Assembly: GCA_014729085.1 (NCBI GenBank)
Contig: WJKM01000004.1
Coordinates: 4,345 to 68,344 of the forward strand
From: Candidatus Dojkabacteria bacterium
GTDB taxonomy: Bacteria > Patescibacteriota > Dojkabacteria > B142 > WJKM01
Reading direction: 5' to 3'
DNA: 64,000 nt
A program made the position numbers and the translations under genes. Under the pieces are notes generated by a model. The model was not told the origin of the DNA, did no database searches, and saw nothing but the letters and a program-made list of their open reading frames with translations. Every line of letters begins with the position of its first letter. Within the stretch, counting starts at the first letter, position 1. Shown here one piece after another: positions 57,910 to 64,000 of this stretch.

Positions 57910-59190
57910 TTATAATAAACCATTTGAGGATACTAAAAAGATGATGGTAGCCACACCAACTAAAGCTGTTCCTCCAAAAATAACTAAAATCTTATTTCCG
58001 AACTTCTTTTCTCCATTTATTTTAGCAAGAGTGCCTTTTAATGCAGTATTCATTGTTACTGCTAATATAATCCCCTGAACTGCTACATTACGGAATATAG
58101 TTGAATCATTAAACATACTACTTATAGACAATGTAATTGCATCAACATCTACCAATCCTGAAAGTGCGCTGGTAAGATACACACCCGAATTTCCCAAATA
58201 CATTTCAGCTATTTGAATGGCAATTTTGACAAGTGCAAACATAGCAGCCATTTTTAATGCAGGTTTAAAATGAAAAGGACTTCCAAGATTTATTTCAAAG
58301 TCTTTTTTATTTTCCTCTTTCATAACAAAGCCTGATTTAGAAAATAAAACTCCAAGAACTACCATTGTAATAAATATTGGGAGCATGAATAGAAATATAT
58401 CTCCAAGTAACTTGGGAGCTAAAAAACTAATAACGATTATTACACGTAAAAACATAGTAAGTGATGCAATTGTGGTTGCAGCTACAAGCGATGAAGTCAG
58501 GCTTTTATATTTTTTACTTTGATTCGTCATACTAAACGCAACAGCTGTACTAGAAACAAGCCCACCTAAAAATCCATTTAGAACAACTCCAATATTCGAT
58601 CCTATTGTTTTTATTAAAAAATATCCAACAAATTCTAAACCGCTAATTAATACAACTAAAAGCCAAATTGAGGAAGGATTTACTAAACCCCACGGGTCAA
58701 TTGGTGTCTTAGGCAGAATCGGATAAATGATTAACGCTATAGTTGCAAATTTTAGAGTATCAGCCCATTCATCAGCACTTGTATTTCGAATAAAACTATG
58801 TACAACCCTTTCTGACTCTATTAGAATAACAACTACTACAACGAGTACAATTGCGACAATTGTATACTCTGTTAAAGCAAGAAAACCGAATGTAAATGTC
58901 AAAAGAGAAGATACTTCTGTAATAATTCCGTAGAGTCCTTGTTTAGCAAACGCCCAGTATGTTGCTATAACTAATGCAGCAAATGCACCAAACATTACAA
59001 TAAAAATTAAGTTAGAATTCAATTTTTCTAATAAAAAAGCACAAACTGCGCCCAATAACGAAATCAATATAAAAGTTCTAAAACCACTTCCAAGATTTGT
59101 GTGCTTTTGCTTTTCTCTTTCACGCTCAACTCCAATTAAAGCGCCAATTCCTATTGCAATTAAAAATTTCTCGAGCAGTATTGGTTCCAT
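57910..59190 (-). CDS. MgtC/SapB + DUF4010 membrane protein
   Basis: GALIGVERE, GFRTF, GGLVSSTA and SGLVDVDAITLS. Confidence 0.9.
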   Translation of the reverse strand: MEPILLEKFLIAIGIGALIGVEREREKQKHTNLGSGFRTFILISLLGAVCAFLLEKLNSNLIFIVMFGAFAALVIATYWAFAKQGLYGIITEVSSLLTFTFGFLALTEYTIVAIVLVVVVVILIESERVVHSFIRNTSADEWADTLKFATIALIIYPILPKTPIDPWGLVNPSSIWLLVVLISGLEFVGYFLIKTIGSNIGVVLNGFLGGLVSSTAVAFSMTNQSKKYKSLTSSLVAATTIASLTMFLRVIIVISFLAPKLLGDIFLFMLPIFITMVVLGVLFSKSGFVMKEENKKDFEINLGSPFHFKPALKMAAMFALVKIAIQIAEMYLGNSGVYLTSALSGLVDVDAITLSISSMFNDSTIFRNVAVQGIILAVTMNTALKGTLAKINGEKKFGNKILVIFGGTALVGVATIIFLVSSNGLL

Positions 59191-59216
59191 TGTAAGTAAT
59201 CTAACTTAATTTAAAT

Positions 59217-59669
59217 TCATTTAATTTGCTCTCCTATCTTTTTCCCCCAATCTTTTATCTCTTCTAATTTTTCATCTGTAAAATCAGAATTTATAGGCAG
59301 ATTCTTATAAATGATATGTCCACCTTGCTTTTTAATGGTATCTTCAATCGTATGTATTGCAGCACAATATGAATCTTCATAGGCTTCATCTCCACATCCA
59401 AAAACAGCAACTTTTTTAGTTGCCAAATCATAATCAGAAAGCTCTTCATGAAAAGGTTCGAAATCATATTGCAAGGCTCCCAAATCCCAAGTTGAACAAC
59501 CAAAAATAATATATTCATATTCATCTAAATCTTTAATTTGGGCATCAAGAACATTCTTTACTGTTATATTGCTAATGCCAGCTTCTTCAAGACCCTCCTT
59601 GACATATTGAGAACACATTTGGGTGTTGCCTGTTGTTGAACCGTAAATAATAAGTACTTTCTTTTCCAT
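59217..59669 (-). CDS. Flavodoxin
   Basis: YGSTTGNT, GCSTW and AVFGCGD; ATG 59669 is preferred. Confidence 0.93.
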   Translation of the reverse strand: MEKKVLIIYGSTTGNTQMCSQYVKEGLEEAGISNITVKNVLDAQIKDLDEYEYIIFGCSTWDLGALQYDFEPFHEELSDYDLATKKVAVFGCGDEAYEDSYCAAIHTIEDTIKKQGGHIIYKNLPINSDFTDEKLEEIKDWGKKIGEQIK

Positions 59670-59692
59670 ATTTTCTTCTCTAAAAAATAGAT

Positions 59693-60652
59693 TTACTTTA
59701 ATAAAGGATATTCCTTGAAACCAACAAGTTGGCACTCGGGTTCTAGTATAAATCCGTATTTTTCTTGAACCAAAGATTGCATCTCTTTTGCAACTCTAAT
59801 AATATCTTGTGTACTTGCATTTGATTCATTAACAATCATATTAGCATGTTTAGATGAAACTCTAGCACCACCATGACTTAAAGATCCCTTAACTCCTATC
59901 TTATCTAAATAGTAAGCAGCAAATTTCATCTTCCGTTCATTAATTACAGGTAACTTTTCCCAACAGTCATCATCTTCTCTGAAATTTCGAAAAAAACTTC
60001 CACAAGTTCCGGCTGTAGGATATCTAATATTTCGGTGTCTGATTATTTCGTCTCTACGCCCTTTAGCATACGAAACTTCATCATCATCTACTTTTTTCAA
60101 TTTGAATGTTGCATCTAATAAGAAATGTTCTTTATTCTCTAATTTAGAGGTATCATATCCAAAATTAAACCAATCCTTATCAACTTTTTTTGTGAGCAGT
60201 GATTTTCGATCGATTATAGTTGCAGATACAATAAAGTCTGACAACAGGGAATCAAAATAATGAATATTTATATAAACAGATCCGCCAACAGTGCCTGGGA
60301 TTCCGCTGAATTCTTCAAGCCCGACAAAATTTGAGTCTAAACAGTAATTAATTAATTCTAGAATTTGAACGCCAGCTCCAGATTTAATAAACCCCTGTTC
60401 CTCAGAAACAATTTCCTTCTGCTTTAAATTAGGTTTAATAACTAATCCTTGAAAGCCATTGTCACTTATTAAAACATTGGCTCCACTTCCTAAAATAAAA
60501 ACTTTTAGATCTTTTTCTTTAGCAAAATTCAAAGCTTCCTTAAAATCCGTATTTGATTCTGGTTTACAGAAATATCTTGCTTTTCCGCCAGTTTTAAACC
60601 AATTTTTATTTTTCAATTCAACATTTTGTGCAGTATCCATACTTAAAGACAT
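59693..60652 (-). CDS. murB: UDP-N-acetylenolpyruvoylglucosamine reductase
   Basis: TGGKA, LGSGANVLISD, GIPGTVGG, GSFFRN, VSSKHAN and LEPE. Confidence 0.93.
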   Translation of the reverse strand: MSLSMDTAQNVELKNKNWFKTGGKARYFCKPESNTDFKEALNFAKEKDLKVFILGSGANVLISDNGFQGLVIKPNLKQKEIVSEEQGFIKSGAGVQILELINYCLDSNFVGLEEFSGIPGTVGGSVYINIHYFDSLLSDFIVSATIIDRKSLLTKKVDKDWFNFGYDTSKLENKEHFLLDATFKLKKVDDDEVSYAKGRRDEIIRHRNIRYPTAGTCGSFFRNFREDDDCWEKLPVINERKMKFAAYYLDKIGVKGSLSHGGARVSSKHANMIVNESNASTQDIIRVAKEMQSLVQEKYGFILEPECQLVGFKEYPLLK

Positions 60653-60993
60653 TAAACATTAGGTGAAGGAAGCGCTGAGCTACCATAAAATAGGACAATT
60701 AAACTATAAGAAAGAAAAATTAATATCAGGCTAAAGATTACAACCGAAATAACATTTGTTAATAAAAATATAATCACCATATAGTCAAACCTTAATTTCC
60801 ATTTTGTATAACAATATAAATATAAGAAAAGATCTAAAAATAACGATATTCCTACCATTGCAAACCAAAAAATTCCGTTTGGAATTATTGGTGCTAGATA
60901 GTAGTTTAATATTATAAAGATGAAAGATATTAATAGACTAACAACAAAAATTATGAAATATTGTTTGAATCTATGGGACTTAAAAATTTTCAT
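60652..60993 (-). CDS. Small membrane protein
   Basis: Three TM helices; translationally coupled to murB. Confidence 0.6.
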   Translation of the reverse strand: MKIFKSHRFKQYFIIFVVSLLISFIFIILNYYLAPIIPNGIFWFAMVGISLFLDLFLYLYCYTKWKLRFDYMVIIFLLTNVISVVIFSLILIFLSYSLIVLFYGSSALPSPNV

Positions 60994-61030
60994 GTTTTAA
61001 ATTGATTATATTAATAGGAAAAAGTATAAA

Positions 61031-61459
61031 TTACTTATGTATTTTATCTTGTAATCTAAACTTATTAGCTAACTTTTCTCCCTCTTCATTAGTTAGTCTT
61101 CTATCCTTATCGTGTTGCATATCTCCAATTTTTGAAATGGCATCTGTCCAGTCATTATAACCTCCGTTATGTGGAATTAAGTGCACATGACAATGGGGGA
61201 CCATCCTCCCTAATGTTAATGTATCCACATATTCAAATCCCAAATTTAAAAAATGTTTTCCGATCTTTTGGATTACAGTCGAATATTCTTTAATATTTAC
61301 TACTTCCCATATATTAATATGATGTTTCTTAGGAATTACAATTGTATGTCCCTTCGTGAACTGCGATTGATCTAAAATGGCCAAAAAATTTTTATCTTCA
61401 TATATGTTATAACTTGGCAAGTCTTTGTCGACAATTCTACAAAAAACACAATCACTCAT
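61031..61459 (-). CDS. HIT family protein
   Basis: CVFCRI, GHT.VIPKKH and HCHVHL triad. Confidence 0.92.
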   Translation of the reverse strand: MSDCVFCRIVDKDLPSYNIYEDKNFLAILDQSQFTKGHTIVIPKKHHINIWEVVNIKEYSTVIQKIGKHFLNLGFEYVDTLTLGRMVPHCHVHLIPHNGGYNDWTDAISKIGDMQHDKDRRLTNEEGEKLANKFRLQDKIHK

Positions 61460-61622
61460 ATTTTTATGCTAACAATATGAAAATAATATCACTTATTCTT
61501 ATTATATTAAATCTTGGAAATTAAGAAAATTAATAATTAAATTGAAAATATTTGATTTTTTATGTTAATCTTACTTGTATTCCAACTACGAAGAAGCTAT
61601 TTATAATTATTAATTAAAATCA

Positions 61623-62489
61623 ATGACAAAGAAAAAAGAAACTTCATCAAAGCAAACTTCCCATAAAAATCCAAGCGAAGATATATATACCATTGATGTC
61701 CAACCATTTTTATTACCAATTGCTATTTTAATTTCTTCACTAATCTTATCCTTCGCAATGATTATTTCTGCTGGAAGAATAGGAAGAATTTCCGAAAATA
61801 CCAATTCAGGAGACAAAGAAATTATTAATGAACCACAAAATAATGGGGAAGATACAACTGTAGGTAATACCAGCATAGATGATGATGCAGTAAAGGGAAA
61901 CAAAGATAAAGCAAAAGTCGCAATCGTAGAATTTAGTGATTATTCTTGTCCATTCTGCTCAAAATTTTATCAGAATACACTTCCTAAAATTCAAGATAAT
62001 TTTATAAAGAATGATAAGGCAGTATTTGTATACAGAGATTTACCTCTATCTTTTCATGAATATGCACAAATACAAGCTGAAGCTGCTGAATGTGCCGGCG
62101 AAGAAGGAGAAGACATGTATTATGCAATGCATGACCGAATTTTTGAGGAATTGATAAATAAACAAACCGAAATGCAAAAACTCACTCAAGAAGAGTACGA
62201 AAACCTATCAGATGAACAAATGCTTGAGTATCAAGTACATGGAGATATTCTTAAAGAATTAGCAAAGGAACTTAAATTAGATACCTCAAAATTCAACAAA
62301 TGTTTAGATGAGGGTTTAATGAAATCTGAAGTTGAAGCAGATGCAAAAGATGCAAACGCTACAGGAATAAACGGAACTCCAGGATTTGTAGTCGGGATCC
62401 TTAATGAAGATGGTTCAGTTGAAGGTGAGGTAATATCGGGAGCTCAACCCTACGAATCATTTGAAAAAGCAATAAACAACTATTTATAG
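61623..62489 (+). CDS. DsbA/BdbD family thiol-disulfide oxidoreductase
   Basis: EFSDYSCPFC, GTP and GAQPY; N-terminal TM helix. Confidence 0.92.
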   Translation: MTKKKETSSKQTSHKNPSEDIYTIDVQPFLLPIAILISSLILSFAMIISAGRIGRISENTNSGDKEIINEPQNNGEDTTVGNTSIDDDAVKGNKDKAKVAIVEFSDYSCPFCSKFYQNTLPKIQDNFIKNDKAVFVYRDLPLSFHEYAQIQAEAAECAGEEGEDMYYAMHDRIFEELINKQTEMQKLTQEEYENLSDEQMLEYQVHGDILKELAKELKLDTSKFNKCLDEGLMKSEVEADAKDANATGINGTPGFVVGILNEDGSVEGEVISGAQPYESFEKAINNYL

Positions 62490-62511
62490 ATCAAATCTAT
62501 TAGTATAGTGC

Positions 62512-62540
62512 AAAAGCGTGAATTTATTTCACGCTTTTTT
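62512..62540 (+). terminator. Intrinsic terminator after dsbA
   Basis: AAAAGCGTGAA-TTTAT-TTCACGCTTTTTT. Confidence 0.85.
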
Positions 62541-62580
62541 GTTATACTTTATAATAAATCCAAAATATTAAAGTTTTTTT

Positions 62581-63087
62581 ATGTTCTATCGAAACCAAAA
62601 AATTATTCAACCAGATTTCGCCGTTCGTAAATTTTCGAAAAAAAATAATCTGGTTTTTACATCTGGCGTATACGACATTTTACATATTGGCCATATAAAA
62701 TTTCTAAGGGCTGCAAAAAACATTGTAAAAAATGATGGACATTTACTTGTGGCTATACACGAAGATGAATTTGTAAAACAAGTAAAAGGTCCAGATAGAC
62801 CCTACACAAAAACAAATGAGAGACTTGAAATATTAAGCGAATTAATCTGTGTAGACTATGCAGTATCCTGGTCTGGATGGGAAAGTATAGTAAGTTTTAC
62901 TAAACGCTTAAAACCCAAATATTTTGCAATCACAGATAAAAATTGGGACCACTCTCGAAAAGGAAATTGGAAAGCTCAAACCTGGGATGAAGTCGCTGAA
63001 GAAATAAATACGGAGATTGTTCAAATTCCTCTTTATAAAAATTATTCTTCATCAAAAATTATCAATAAAGAAAATGGCTTTATATAA
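62581..63087 (+). CDS. Cytidylyltransferase-like (RfaE domain II/TagD family)
   Basis: SGVYDILHIGH, KGPDRP and SSSKII. Confidence 0.88.
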   Translation: MFYRNQKIIQPDFAVRKFSKKNNLVFTSGVYDILHIGHIKFLRAAKNIVKNDGHLLVAIHEDEFVKQVKGPDRPYTKTNERLEILSELICVDYAVSWSGWESIVSFTKRLKPKYFAITDKNWDHSRKGNWKAQTWDEVAEEINTEIVQIPLYKNYSSSKIINKENGFI

Positions 63088-63790
63088 AACCGAGGGTCTA
63101 ATCTATAAAATAAAAAATATGCATGACTCTAATAAACTTGTTTGGATACTAAGTAAAGACAAGGGAAAAATTAATTCTATAGCAAAAGGTGTAAAAAAAA
63201 TCTCAAGTAAAAGAGCAGGTCATATTGATATTTTTAACCATAACAAATTTACATTTTACAAAGGTCGAAATCTTGATATTTTAACAGAAACTTCTTCAAT
63301 CAAATCATACGAAAATATCAAAAAAAAATTCGTTTTCGAAACCTTCTATCTTGCTGAACTAATTGATTCGATAATTGTTGAACCTTCGGAGTCAAATAAA
63401 ATTCTGAATTACCTGCTCGTTATATATGATAACGCCACTGAATCAAATTTTATTAAGCTATTAGCATTTTTTGAAATAAAACTATTGCAGACTCTCGGAT
63501 TTGAACCTAACTTACATACTTTTCTTGATACCAATTCCGCTCTTAAAATTGAAGATGAGATATATTTTTCAAACACAACGCCGGGATTTTTATCATTTGG
63601 CGAAAAAGAATTCTTGGTTAATCCTAATACAATCAAATGCCAGAGATTCTTTCTAAATAACTTTATCTACGAAACTCTTAAATTGGATATTGAGAAAAAA
63701 ACATTAAAGCAAATATCAAGAATTAATAAAATCTGGCTTCAAACAGTAATTGATAAAAAATTAAAATCGTTACAATTTGTTAAAACCTAA
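63074..63790 (+). CDS. recO: DNA repair protein RecO
   Basis: YKTEGLI..GKINSIAKGVKKISSKR..YLAELI..FEIKLL..LGF.P; ATG 63074. Confidence 0.88.
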   Translation: MALYKTEGLIYKIKNMHDSNKLVWILSKDKGKINSIAKGVKKISSKRAGHIDIFNHNKFTFYKGRNLDILTETSSIKSYENIKKKFVFETFYLAELIDSIIVEPSESNKILNYLLVIYDNATESNFIKLLAFFEIKLLQTLGFEPNLHTFLDTNSALKIEDEIYFSNTTPGFLSFGEKEFLVNPNTIKCQRFFLNNFIYETLKLDIEKKTLKQISRINKIWLQTVIDKKLKSLQFVKT

Positions 63791-63793
63791 AAA

Positions 63794-64000
63794 TTAAATT
63801 TCCGTAAGCTTCACCTCCCCTTTACTAACTGACTTATTTTTATAATCGTTTATTCTAAGATAAGTAAGTGTCCAGTACAATTCATGAAAAGTTACGAAAG
63901 GCCCCTGTATTGCAGCCGAGAATAATGTAAATATAACTAATAATAAAAATGCATAGATTAATGCAGCAATAATATTAAACATTATCAAACTTACAAATCC
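63794..64000 (-). CDS. Membrane protein, 5'-partial (runs off the window end)
   Basis: Frame is open to nt 64000; hydrophobic helix ending in WTLTYL. Confidence 0.6.
   Translation of the reverse strand, partial: GFVSLIMFNIIAALIYAFLLLVIFTLFSAAIQGPFVTFHELYWTLTYLRINDYKNKSVSKGEVKLTEI

Noticed and set aside
313-63636. Many 60-135 aa antisense or alternate-frame ORFs (e.g. 7999-8406, 9678-9974, 34142-34510, 54587-54988)
   Set aside because: They are nested in well-supported genes, have shadow-ORF composition and carry no recognisable motifs.
1-64000. UGA recoding (genetic code 25/4) or selenocysteine
   Set aside because: Long genes are intact under code 11 and TGA ends miaA and the 21160 NUDIX gene at expected positions. 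The DUF3179-like gene has no in-frame TGA.

Overview
AT-rich (roughly 30% GC by eye) bacterial chromosome segment read with genetic code 11. The gene content, SLH proteins, near absence of Shine-Dalgarno motifs and a CCA-less tRNA suggest a Patescibacteria/CPR (Dojkabacteria-like) genome; this is inference. Housekeeping genes include mpl/murC (partial), lysS, mfd, mutS, tRNA-Leu(TAG), rarA (split), a class A PBP, miaA, a cyclophilin, fur-pflB-pflA, an rlmD-like methyltransferase, a gldA/gldFG-like ABC system, an M29 aminopeptidase, flavodoxin, murB, dsbA and recO. Main highlights: (1) a lysine/tRNA locus at 3.0-11.6 kb with two variant T-box riboswitches (both probably AAG/Lys), one controlling an uncharacterised ~624-aa ATP-grasp ligase and one controlling a four-module LysRS-HD-B3/4-DUF2000 fusion that is followed by a free paralog of its HD domain; (2) a PadR / HAAS-VIT-PEP-CTERM-like / exosortase locus at 30-39 kb, apparently split by two GT-C glycosyltransferase genes; (3) a full-length phosphoketolase homolog that has lost nearly all catalytic motifs; (4) a two-copy, three-hairpin structured repeat; (5) an Mfd lacking its C-terminal domain and a frameshifted rarA. 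No CRISPR array, rRNA or transposase was seen.
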